Shown one piece after another: positions 36,499-46,297 of a stretch of DNA of 64,000 bases. The translations under genes and the position numbers were made by a program. The stretch spans positions 41,538-105,537 of the forward strand of contig CAWHFJ010000014.1 in the NCBI GenBank assembly GCA_963828495.1, in the 5' to 3' direction. Position 1 is the first letter of the stretch, and each line of letters starts with the position of its first letter. The stretch comes from Candidatus Omnitrophota bacterium. GTDB lineage: Bacteria > Omnitrophota > Gorgyraeia > Zapsychrales > Fredricksoniimonadaceae. The notes beneath the pieces were generated by a model. That model was not told where the DNA came from. It saw only the letters and a list, made by a program, of their open reading frames with translations, and did no database searches.

Positions 36499-38000
36499 CA
36501 GGTTTTCTCCACTTCGATTCTTGGAAATAACGGCGGGTGGGATTTCAAAACGGTGCCGGGTTTTAATTGTCCCCAAAGGGGCCCGGTATCGGCCGCGCCT
36601 AAAATATCCAACACAGCCGCAGTCTTTTCAGGCATGACCGGAGCTAACATGATCGTCGCGATCCGCAAGCCTTCGGCCGCGGTATATAACACACGGTTGG
36701 CGGCCTTCATATCCGTTTTGGCTAATTTCCAGGGGGCTTGGGCCTCCATATATTTATTGAGCACTCGCACAAAATCACAAACGGATACGACGGCTTCCTG
36801 CACTTTATATTCATTGATCAAATCCTTGATCCGCACGGGTAACCCATTGGCCTGTGCTTTAATATCTTCCTCGGTCTGAGTTAAAACACCGGGTTCTGGT
36901 ATTTGGCCGTCATGATTTTTCTGGATAAGACCGCTGACACGATTCAACAAATTACCGAAATCATTGGCTAAGTCACTGTTAAAACATTTGATAAAAGAAT
37001 CCGGTGTAAAATTAGCATCCAGCCCTAACACCATTTCGCGCATTAAATAATAGCGCACAGCGTCCACCCCGTAATTCTCAATCAAATCCAGAGGATTGAC
37101 CACGTTACCCAAAGATTTGCTCATCTTGGTCTGGCCTATCAGCCACCAGCCATGGGCAAAAATAGTTTTAGGCAAATCTAACCCGAGGGAAAAAAGCATG
37201 GTGGTCCAGTAAATACAATGGGTGGTTAAAATGTCCTTGCCGATCAAATGCACGTCCGCCGGCCACCATTTCTTGAATTTCTTATCGTCGCTGCCGTAGC
37301 CGGGCGCGGAAATATAGTTGACCAGCGCGTCAAACCAGACATAGGTCACATAATCACGGTCGAAAGGAATTTCAATGCCCCAATCCATTCGGGCCTTGGG
37401 ACGGGAAATGCATAAATCCCCCAGCGGCTGACGCAGGAAACCTAACATTTCATTTTTGCGGTGTTCGGGCCGGATAAAATCAGGATGGGACTGGATATGA
37501 TCAATCAGCCTCTGCTGATACTTGCCCATCTTAAAAAAATAATTCTTTTCCTTGAGCTTTTTAACGTCCCGAAACTGACCCGAAGCATATTCCGTATCGC
37601 TGATAAAACGTTCCTCAGCTACGGAATACCAGCCCTCATACTCATCCGTATAAATATCGCCATTGTCATGGACCTTCTGTAAGGCTAACTGGACGATTTT
37701 CTTGTGACGCTCTTGGGTGGTGCGGATAAAATCATCAAACCGGATATCCAGGGTTTTCCACAAATTCAAAAACCGTGGCGCCAATTCATCGCAATGCGCC
37801 TGGGGAAGAAGTCCGCGTTTTTGGGCGGCCTGCATGACTTTTTGGCCATGTTCATCCAACCCCGTCAAGAAAAATACTTCATCGCCGACGGTGCGATGAT
37901 AGCGGCTCAACACATCCGCCAAAATAGTCGTATACGCATGCCCGATATGGGGTGCGTCATTCACATAATAAATTGGCGTTGTAATAAAAAATTTACTCAT
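36498..38000 (-). CDS. metG: methionine--tRNA ligase
   Basis: HIGH (APHIGHAYT) and KMSKS motifs. Confidence 0.92.
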   Translation of the reverse strand: MSKFFITTPIYYVNDAPHIGHAYTTILADVLSRYHRTVGDEVFFLTGLDEHGQKVMQAAQKRGLLPQAHCDELAPRFLNLWKTLDIRFDDFIRTTQERHKKIVQLALQKVHDNGDIYTDEYEGWYSVAEERFISDTEYASGQFRDVKKLKEKNYFFKMGKYQQRLIDHIQSHPDFIRPEHRKNEMLGFLRQPLGDLCISRPKARMDWGIEIPFDRDYVTYVWFDALVNYISAPGYGSDDKKFKKWWPADVHLIGKDILTTHCIYWTTMLFSLGLDLPKTIFAHGWWLIGQTKMSKSLGNVVNPLDLIENYGVDAVRYYLMREMVLGLDANFTPDSFIKCFNSDLANDFGNLLNRVSGLIQKNHDGQIPEPGVLTQTEEDIKAQANGLPVRIKDLINEYKVQEAVVSVCDFVRVLNKYMEAQAPWKLAKTDMKAANRVLYTAAEGLRIATIMLAPVMPEKTAAVLDILGAADTGPLWGQLKPGTVLKSHPPLFPRIEVEKT

Positions 38001-38140
38001 ATCTGCACATGGACCGTTTCTAAATATCCCTTTGCTATATATCGACTTAGGACAGAAATGTCCCTTTGTTCTTTTTGGACGTAGGGGACACTTCCACTAA
38101 AACCTATTGCAATCATTGGAGTTACCTGGAAACGGTCCAA

Positions 38141-38938
38141 CTAGGATTTTTCGAAGGGATAGTCTATTTTGACCATTTTGCCTTCACCTACATCAACCGT
38201 CACATGATGCTTGAGAATATCCATGGCCACAACTTTGCCCTTTTCACCTGCCGGAGTTGTGACCTTGGCCCCTATCTTGGGTAACGTTCGGGAGAATTCA
38301 CGATAAACCTGGAATTCATAGGCCATGCAGCACTTGACCCGGCCGCAAACACCGGAAATTTTTTGGGGATTAAGCGGCAGCCCCTGGTCTTTGGCCATTT
38401 TAATGGATAAGGGATGAAAATCCTTCATATAAGACGCGCAACACAAATCCCGCCCACAGACTCCATAACCACCGACGATCTTGGCCTTGTCACGCACACC
38501 GATTTGTTTGAGTTCAATGCGCACACGCAACATTTTGGCCAAATCCTTGACTAAATTGCGAAAATCCACCCGGCCTTCCGCCGTAAAGAAAATCAGTATC
38601 TTGGTCGCATCAAAAGAATATTCCGCCTGGACTAGCTGCATATCCATTTTGCTCTCGGCAATCTGGCGTTTGCAGGAGGCTAAAGATTCTACGGATTTGA
38701 TTTCATTGTTGACCACCTGACGCAAATCACCATCACTGGCCAAACGCACGATCTTGCCGCCGGCCGCCTCGGTCTTGCCGGAAAAAATCTTTGTCGGATC
38801 AGAAATGACCCGGCCGAACTCTAAATTTCTTTCCATTTCCAATATCACTACATCATGACGGTGAAGGACAACGCCATTAGCGTCCGCCCACATCACGGGA
38901 CGGTATTCTCCCAATCTGACTTGCACTAGTTGCCCCAT
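38141..38938 (-). CDS. PSP1 domain protein (RicT/YaaT-like)
   Basis: PSP1 C-terminal domain with Cys cluster CGRDLCC...CGRVKCCMAYE. Follows holB as in Firmicutes. Confidence 0.75.
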   Translation of the reverse strand: MGQLVQVRLGEYRPVMWADANGVVLHRHDVVILEMERNLEFGRVISDPTKIFSGKTEAAGGKIVRLASDGDLRQVVNNEIKSVESLASCKRQIAESKMDMQLVQAEYSFDATKILIFFTAEGRVDFRNLVKDLAKMLRVRIELKQIGVRDKAKIVGGYGVCGRDLCCASYMKDFHPLSIKMAKDQGLPLNPQKISGVCGRVKCCMAYEFQVYREFSRTLPKIGAKVTTPAGEKGKVVAMDILKHHVTVDVGEGKMVKIDYPFEKS

Positions 38939-39885
38939 AGATATTCCCTCAAAAGGCTCAACGCCATTTTAGTGTTCAAATGATCGTCTAAGAGCTTTTT
39001 CGTTTGTACGATTTGCCGGACAATTAAAGATAAGTCCGTCATGTCCCGGCTGGCAAATGTTCCCAATGCCTTCAGGCGATTCTGATGAACTAATTCACCG
39101 CCAAGGGCCCCATTTTTTAACATAAGGACATCCCTAAAAAAACTCAATAAAAGCTGCAAGGCAACAGCCGCCTGCAAAGGGTCCATGGAAAGCTCTTTGA
39201 GAAAAGCATCATTGCGGCGATTAAAAAGCATTTCATCCAAGACCTTCTGCCTCTTGGCCATAATGTCTTCTTTGACTAATTGGCGCGCCCGGCCTAAACA
39301 CCCCTCGCTAAAAACCGCCAAAAAATAAGCGTCCTGTTGAGGCAAGCCCTCATCCGTCAAAAACCGGGTTATACGATTAACCGATGAGGGAAAAAATTTC
39401 ACTATATGGCAACGGGATTTAATGGTGTCTAAATTAGCCTCCGGCACACTCGTCGTTAAAATCATCAAGGTATTCGCCGCCGGCTCCTCCAATGTCTTTA
39501 AAAAAGCATTGGCCGCCTCCGTCGTCATCAGCTCAATGTGACGAATAATAAAAACTTTGGTCTTGGCCTCATAACTCTTAAGCTGTGCCTGGCTTAACAA
39601 AAAGCGTACATCTTCAATTTTAATACTTTCCCTATCGTCACCACCAACCACATGCACATCGGGATGATTCCCCGACGCTATTTTAAGACAAGCCGCGCAT
39701 TGCCCGCAAGGTTGAGAGACTCCCTCCCCCTCGCAATTGACTAGCTGGGCCAACGCTATGGCTGTCTGGGTCTTGCCTGAACCCTGCGGCCCTACCAGCA
39801 AATACGCGTGGGCCAGCTTGGCCCTAGCCACCAAACGACTAAAGGTAAGCATCACAGCGCTGTTAACTTGTAGAGAGTTTATCAT
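38926..39885 (-). CDS. holB: DNA polymerase III subunit delta prime
   Basis: GPQGSGKT and zinc module CGQCAACLKIASGNHPD. Confidence 0.8.
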   Translation of the reverse strand: MINSLQVNSAVMLTFSRLVARAKLAHAYLLVGPQGSGKTQTAIALAQLVNCEGEGVSQPCGQCAACLKIASGNHPDVHVVGGDDRESIKIEDVRFLLSQAQLKSYEAKTKVFIIRHIELMTTEAANAFLKTLEEPAANTLMILTTSVPEANLDTIKSRCHIVKFFPSSVNRITRFLTDEGLPQQDAYFLAVFSEGCLGRARQLVKEDIMAKRQKVLDEMLFNRRNDAFLKELSMDPLQAAVALQLLLSFFRDVLMLKNGALGGELVHQNRLKALGTFASRDMTDLSLIVRQIVQTKKLLDDHLNTKMALSLLREYLWGN

Positions 39886-39888
39886 AGG

Positions 39889-40544
<656 letters not shown>

Positions 40545-40566
40545 TTATCATATTCATCAAATTAAC

Positions 40567-40639
40567 GCCCCCGTAGCATAATTGGATAATGCTTTTCTCT
40601 CGCAAGAAAATGATGCGGGTTCGAATCCCGCCGGGGGCG
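40567..40639 (+). tRNA. tRNA with Arg-like body; anticodon-position triplet CGC; irregular anticodon arm
   Basis: Acceptor GCCCCCG/CGGGGGC, D arm GCAT-AATTGGATA-ATGC, T arm GCGGG-TTCGAAT-CCCGC and loop CTCGCAA. No encoded CCA. Confidence 0.8.
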
Positions 40640-40725
40640 TTAAAGGGCTTAAGAATGAACGAGAGAACTTTCTTAAGACCATATTTCTCTTGAAAAGAAC
40701 AATACTTCTGGTATACTTATATTAT

Positions 40726-40758
40726 CTTAGCGAGAGAAAAGCCTTATGCTACGGGGGC
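40726..40758 (-). repeat. inverted partial copy of the tRNA 5' half
   Basis: Reverse complement GCCCCCGTAGCATAAGGCTTTTCTCTCGCTAAG versus tRNA GCCCCCGTAGCATAATTGGATAATGCTTTTCTCTCGCAAG. Confidence 0.8.
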
Positions 40759-40782
40759 CGCGAGAATATCGCGGCCTTTTTT
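40756..40782 (+). terminator. rho-independent terminator
   Basis: 8-bp stem GGCCGCGA/TCGCGGCC, 5-nt loop, followed by T6. Confidence 0.6.
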
Positions 40783-40785
40783 ATT

Positions 40786-41514
40786 CTAGCTTATACGCCT
40801 CCAAAGTTTAAATGCTTTTACTTGAGCGGGACTTAAATCAAACCACTCCCCATTCATCCTTTTCGTCTCAAATCGTTTGTGCCAATAAGCTTCAATACCA
40901 CTGGGATCGTCAGTCTTGATTGAGTGAATCAAAGTACATTTCTCAGGTAGTTGAATTCGGAGCTCACTTCCACGCCGCACAGTATCATTTGTTTTTCCAA
41001 TCTTATAATAGTGACCTGATTTAAAAAGATATACTTCACCAATTTGGGTAGCATCAGAGTCATCTAAAATTTCCTCTTCATTAGAATCCTCAAGGATGGG
41101 CTCACAAAATGCAACAATATCATTATAGTCGGCTTTACCTTTACAATATTCCAATACTTTTGCTATAAATTTATCTTTCGTACCCCAACGACTAAAAACT
41201 TTTTTATTAGGAAAATTTACATCATTGCTCTTTTCTACTGTAATTTCAAGATAAGTTGGGAACTTTCCAAGTTTACGCGCAAGGCCTATTATTTTCTCAA
41301 TAAGAAATGTATCGGAATACGCGCCTTGAAGTTGATTTGGAGTAAAGCCCGCTTCTTTTTGTGCATCACCAAATCTTGCCCAAAATTTACCCCAATCATA
41401 ATAGTTTATCCCTGTTTCTTTTTCAAATCTCGCTACGCCTAACGGCTTTCCTTCATTCTTTCCCGTAGTTTTACGTATTGCGTCAATAATGTCTTGTTTG
41501 GTCAGTATACTCAT
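40786..41514 (-). CDS. GIY-YIG superfamily (T5orf172/MUG113-like) protein with N-terminal homing-endonuclease-associated-type repeats
   Basis: C-terminal GEVYLFKSGHYYKIGKTNDTVRRGSEL...EAYWHKRFETKRMNGEWFDL. Two N-terminal repeats of the type ...F..ETGI..Y.W.KFW.RFGDAQKEAGF. Confidence 0.7.
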   Translation of the reverse strand: MSILTKQDIIDAIRKTTGKNEGKPLGVARFEKETGINYYDWGKFWARFGDAQKEAGFTPNQLQGAYSDTFLIEKIIGLARKLGKFPTYLEITVEKSNDVNFPNKKVFSRWGTKDKFIAKVLEYCKGKADYNDIVAFCEPILEDSNEEEILDDSDATQIGEVYLFKSGHYYKIGKTNDTVRRGSELRIQLPEKCTLIHSIKTDDPSGIEAYWHKRFETKRMNGEWFDLSPAQVKAFKLWRRIS

Positions 41515-41580
41515 TACTTCAACTCCCCGATCCCCTCTTTATACAAAAGAGGGGAAAATGATAATTTTATCACTATTGTC

Positions 41581-41808
41581 GCTAACGGATAAATTTATTG
41601 GTTCGCAGCGACTTGTCATTTTTAGTCAAAAGTTTTTTGTTGTTTCGGGAATCCCGAGGCTTTTAGGCCGAGGGATGGCTGAACTTGTTTGAGCCTGAAG
41701 CTTCCAGAGAAGCTGAAGGCGAGTTGTTCAGCCACCGGAACAACAGAGAAACTTTTGACGTTAAAAAAATGACCCAGGAGCAAGAAGCAATAAATTTATC
41801 CGTTAGCG
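41581..41808. repeat. long imperfect palindrome (arms ~100 nt) with 20-nt perfect termini
   Basis: gctaacggataaatttattg (41581-41600) and its exact reverse complement (41789-41808). Inner arm segments also pair, around a centre near 41706. Confidence 0.8.
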
Positions 41809-41816
41809 CCCCTAAA

Positions 41817-41846
41817 AGAGATTGCTTCGCTGCGCTCGCAATGACA
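41817..41846. repeat. family A repeat
   Basis: agagattgcttcgctgcgctcgcaatgaca. Confidence 0.85.
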
Positions 41847-41852
41847 CAATAT

Positions 41853-43260
41853 TTAAATCCATCTCCAGGTTTGTCCGCTTTTGCCGTCTTCGACCGCGAT
41901 CCCCTTTTCCTTCAATAAAACACGCAGTTGGTCCGAACGCTTAAAATCTTTAGCCTTGCGGGCCGCAACACGTTGGTGAAGTAAAGCTTCTAACTCTGCG
42001 GTTAATGCCTTTTCTTTCTCCTGCAGGAACAAGCCGAATATGTTGCGCGCCAAATTTTCCAGCACATCAACAGCATGATAAATCACCCCCAAATAGTTAG
42101 GGTCATCGCTGTTTTGATCTATATAAATATTAGTGTCATTGATCAAATTAAACAAAGCGGCCAAGGCCCTGGGGGTATTAAAATCATCATCCATCGCTTC
42201 GATGAATTCATTCTTGTATTTACTGATAAACCCTGCCTGCACAGGCTCGACATTTTTGTCCTTCAAAAGTCCCGCAGCCCTATAAAAAAGTACATCAAAT
42301 TTATTCAAGGCTTTGCGGGCCTCAAGGATTTTATCGTCGGAGAAATCGATATTGCTGACATAATGCGAAAATAAAAAGAACATTTTAATTTCATCAGCAC
42401 TATATTGCTCCAGCGCCTGCTCAATGGTGACAAAATTCCCCAAGGATTTGGACATTTTTTGACCATTGATCGTCAAAAGTCCGTGATGGATCCAGTATTT
42501 CGCAAAAGGCTTTTGTGTTAAAGCTTCGGATTGCGCCAGCTCATTTTCATGATGCGGAAAAATCAAGTCCCTCCCGCCGGCGTGAATGTCCAGGGTCTCG
42601 GTGTGCAGATGTTTCATACTCATACAGGAGCACTCGATATGCCATCCCGGACGCCCCGGCCCCCAAGGACTTTCCCAAACAGGCTCACCGGGTTTAGAGG
42701 CTTTCCATAACACAAAATCCAGAGGGTCTTTCTTGCTGGAATCTTTCTCAATACGCACAGCCTCATGCATTTTATCAATACTCTGGCCGGAGAGTTTGCC
42801 GTAATCTTTAAAAGCGCGCACATCAAAATAGACATCGCCGCCTTTAACCGCATACGCAAAGCCGCGGTCAAGTAGCCCCTGAATGTGGGTGATCATATCA
42901 GGAATATTATCCGTGGCCTTGGGCTCCACATCTGCCGCAGGAATGCCCAACGCTTTGAGATCTTGATAATAAAACTGAATTTGCTCACCGGCCACGTCAA
43001 CAGCCGTGCGCTTGGTCTCAAGGGCTTTATCAATGATTTTATCGTCGATATCGGTGATGTTGCGGACAAACAGGACATTAAACCCGCGAAATTGAAGATA
43101 CCGGCGGATCACGTCAAATACATACAAACTGCGCGCGTGCCCGATATGAGAACGGTCATACACCGTGACCCCGCAGGTGTACATTTTTACATCATGACCC
43201 GAAAGGGGTACGAATTCTTCCTTTTTCCCGCCTAACGAATTGGTGAATTTTTACGGCCAT
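41853..43260 (-). pseudogene. cysS: cysteine--tRNA ligase, one frame break near the 5' end
   Basis: Main ORF begins MYTCGVTVYDRSHIGHARS with KMSKS downstream. The expected N-terminus MAVKIH/NSLGGKKEEFVPLSGHDVK needs an extra C near 43243 to be skipped. Confidence 0.85.
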
Positions 43261-43278
43261 CGTGCACCTTCAACTTGC

Positions 43279-44013
43279 CTAAATAGTGTAATCTGCGTCA
43301 TCTTCATTGGCGGGCGCTTCACAGCCGGTTTTGCGCTCAAGGGTCTTGATACGCCCCAGCAACCTTGATATATTTTCCATGACAGGATCACTGACATGCC
43401 TGTGATCTAATTCCATATCGATTTTACGGCCTTCCTGCTTGGTAATCCGTCCCGGGATCCCGACGACCGTTGAATTAGACGGCACATCTTTAATGACCAC
43501 CGCATTGGCACCAATATAAGAATTGTCCCCGATTGTGATATTGCCCAAAATCTTGGCTCCGGCGCCAACCACCACATTGTTGCCTATTGTCGGATGACGT
43601 TTACCGGTTTCTTTGCCCGTACCCCCTAAGGTCACGCCCTGATAAAGAAGGACATTGTCCCCGACGATCGAGGTCTCACCGACCACAACGCCCATCCCGT
43701 GGTCAATGAAAAAATTCTTGCCGATGGTGGCCCCCGGATGAATTTCTATGCCGGTCAAAAAACGAATACTCTGCGAAAGCCAGCGGGGGACCAAAGGGAT
43801 TTTCCATTGCCATAATTTGTGCGCTATGCGATAAACCATCAAGGCATGCAACCCCGGATAAAGCAAAAGCACCTCCAAAGCGCTTTTGGCTGCCGGATCA
43901 CGCTCCTTAACGGCCTTTATCTCGACGGAAAAAAGGACATAAATCACCACCAAAATAACAGCGATAATCAATAATAAGACAATCATCATAAAGGATCCCC
44001 CGATTGCTTCCAC
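43279..44013 (-). CDS. cysE: serine O-acetyltransferase
   Basis: [21 protein letters not shown] and hexapeptide repeats [21 protein letters not shown]-terminal hydrophobic helix. Confidence 0.8.
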   Translation of the reverse strand: MEAIGGSFMMIVLLLIIAVILVVIYVLFSVEIKAVKERDPAAKSALEVLLLYPGLHALMVYRIAHKLWQWKIPLVPRWLSQSIRFLTGIEIHPGATIGKNFFIDHGMGVVVGETSIVGDNVLLYQGVTLGGTGKETGKRHPTIGNNVVVGAGAKILGNITIGDNSYIGANAVVIKDVPSNSTVVGIPGRITKQEGRKIDMELDHRHVSDPVMENISRLLGRIKTLERKTGCEAPANEDDADYTI

Positions 44014-44055
44014 AGCATTACTTTTTCAAATTCATCCTAGAAATGTGCCGTTTCC

Positions 44056-44550
44056 TTAATGTCTTTCCAGAGAAACGGCGGTCAACAAAACAACGGCATA
44101 AACCGCCATACCTTCTTGAGCGCCAATAAATCCCAAACCTTCATTGGTACCGGCTTTGATATTAACTTGCGTCCGGTTGATGTTCAGTTCATGGGCAATA
44201 TGATCTTTCATTTTGGGCTTAAATGCCTGCAATTTCGGCTCCTCGGCTAAAATCATCACGTCGATATTGTCCACATGCCATCCTGCGTCACGAATTTTTT
44301 TGTTAATCTCCCTTAAAAACATAGAACTGGGGGCTCCTTCATATTGCGGATCGGTATTGGGAAAATGTTCTCCGATATCACCTAAGCCCGCCGCCCCTAA
44401 AATAGCATCGCAAACCGCATGCAAAACCACATCCGCATCAGAATGGCCGTCAAGACCGTGAGTATGCGGCACTTCAATACCGCCCAAGATCAATTTACGG
44501 CCAAAAATAAACCGATGCACATCATGTCCAATGCCTACTCTGTAATTCAT
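44056..44550 (-). CDS. ispF: 2-C-methyl-D-erythritol 2,4-cyclodiphosphate synthase
   Basis: RVGIGHDVHRF...GHSDADVVLHA. Confidence 0.92.
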   Translation of the reverse strand: MNYRVGIGHDVHRFIFGRKLILGGIEVPHTHGLDGHSDADVVLHAVCDAILGAAGLGDIGEHFPNTDPQYEGAPSSMFLREINKKIRDAGWHVDNIDVMILAEEPKLQAFKPKMKDHIAHELNINRTQVNIKAGTNEGLGFIGAQEGMAVYAVVLLTAVSLERH

Positions 44551-44552
44551 AA

Positions 44553-44590
44553 CCCCCCCACCCTTACCCTCCCCTCAAGGGGGAGGGAAT
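44553..44590. repeat. family B hairpin repeat
   Basis: cccccccacccttaccctcccctcaagggggagggaat between ispF and ispD. Confidence 0.85.
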
Positions 44591-44597
44591 AAACTCT

Positions 44598-45267
44598 CTA
44601 TGCCAGCAACTGCCGTGCTAAAATGATGTCCTCAGGGGTCGTGACCTTAATATTTCGGTAATTGCCCATGACCATCTTGACACGGCCGCCCATGCGCTCG
44701 ACCAAAATCGCATCATCGGTGGCTTCCCTTTTAAACTTCTTAGCATGCGCTTTGACTAAAATATCCTTATGAAACCCCTGGGGCGTTTGCGCTTCCCATA
44801 ATAAATCCCTCACCGGGGTTTCTTGAATATCTAAAGTTTTGCGATCGATCTTTTTAACCGTGAATTTGACCGGCATACCAACAATAGCTGCCTTATTTTT
44901 CTTCAATGAAAGAAGTAAACGGTCAATCACCGCCCGGTCAACAAAAGGCCTGGCCGCATCATGCACCAACACGATTTTCGTATCAGGGGAAAGCGCCTTT
45001 AAGCCGCATTTAACCGAATCCGAACGCATAACGCCGCCCGCCACCACCGCGCGTACTTTTTTAAACGGCAAAGCCAGCCGATCAAAGGCCCTCAAATGCG
45101 CCTTAACCCCCACCAGCACAATGCCGTCAATAGCCGGATGCGCGTTGAAAACTTTCAAGCAATACGCCAACAGCGGGCGGCCTTTTAAAAGAACGAAAGC
45201 CTTAAGGGTCTTGGCATTCAATCGATGACCACAACCCCCGCGCCACAACGATAACTTCTGTCTTCAC
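44598..45267 (-). pseudogene. ispD: 2-C-methyl-D-erythritol 4-phosphate cytidylyltransferase, one frame break near the 5' end
   Basis: GTG 45267 (GTGA overlap with the upstream stop) gives MKTEVIVVA. GGCGHRLNAKTLKAFVLLKGRPLL continues after an extra nt near 45241. Confidence 0.8.
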
Positions 45268-46249
45268 TGCCTCTCCAATTTAGCAAAAATCATGCGCCCG
45301 GCCTGGGTCTGCAGCGCTGAGGTCACATAGACCTTGACCGTCTGCCCTACAGCCTTGCGTCCGTCACTGACAACCACCATGGTCCCGTCTTCCAGGTACC
45401 CAATGGCTTGGTTGGCTTCCTTGCCTTCCTTCATCAGCCGGATTTCTAATTCTTCACCGGTAAATACCACCGGTTTAACCGCATTAATCAAATCATTGAC
45501 ATTGAGCATTTCAATGCCCTGGATCGAGGCTATACGGCTCAAATTAAAATCCGTCGTGCAAATGCGCGCGTCCATCAGTTTGGAGAGCTTGACTAATTTC
45601 AAATCCACCGTCTCGGGGCCGGTAAAATCATCTTCATGAATACGCACATCCGTCGCTGGGTCTTTTTGCATATTTTTCAAAATTTCCATCCCCCGCCGGC
45701 CGCGCTGGCGTTTGATATCATCCTCGGAATCCGCCAGCCGCTGTAATTCATGCAAAACAAAACGAGGCACCACCAAACGTCCGCCCAAAAAACCGGTCTT
45801 AAAAATATCACTGATACGCCCGTCAATAATGGCGCTGGTGTCCAAAAGCACCACCCCATCTTTTAAATCCTGACGCTTAAAACGCACATAAGGAATAATA
45901 AGATTAAATTCATCCTTGCCCCGCAAGCGCCATCACCGCGCCTAAATAAGAAAAGGCCAAAGTCAAAATCACCCGCAAAATGGGCTTAATCACATCCCCC
46001 AAAGGCAGCAAATAAATAATATCGGAAACTAAATTCGCCATAAAAATCCCCAGCAATAGACCGAAAACCATACTGGAAAGCCCGCGCACGGACACCTGCT
46101 TTAGGGTCGCCTCGACGGTAATGAGCAATAAGCCTCCCAGCAAACCAACAATACCTCCTATCAGAGGATGTTGATCGATGACTCCCGACCTGATAACCGA
46201 TAACGCCGCTAAGAATAAAGAAAAAAATACGGATAAATAATAATGTCAT
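45264..46249 (-). pseudogene. PIN/TRAM domain membrane protein (YacL-like), two frame breaks
   Basis: Three consecutive ORF pieces: TM N-terminus, TM region ...LLLGIFMANLVSDI..., then [15 protein letters not shown]...TRAM ([19 protein letters not shown]). Colinear with Bacillus YacL. Confidence 0.7.
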
Positions 46250-46297
46250 GAAGTTTTCTCCTGACTTGCCCCCCTTGCCCGCCAGGCGGGGCTATTA

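Noticed and set aside
40567-40639. Idea that an 8-nt anticodon loop tRNA (frameshift suppressor) explains the many frame breaks.
   Set aside because: The breaks are a mix of +1 and -1 types with no common codon or quadruplet at the sites, and several are in homopolymers. The loop also lacks U33 in the 8-nt reading. Assembly indels explain both observations more simply.
40567-41852. tRNA-associated integrated island or prophage remnant.
   Set aside because: There is no integrase or recombinase and no direct repeat of the tRNA 3' end. The only tRNA-derived repeat is an inverted copy of the 5' half. Only one cargo gene is present.
41489-41918. Track ORFs 41489-41692 and 41685-41918 in the nuclease-cysS spacer.
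   Set aside because: They run through the palindrome and the family A repeat, have no recognisable motifs and lack credible ribosome-binding sites.
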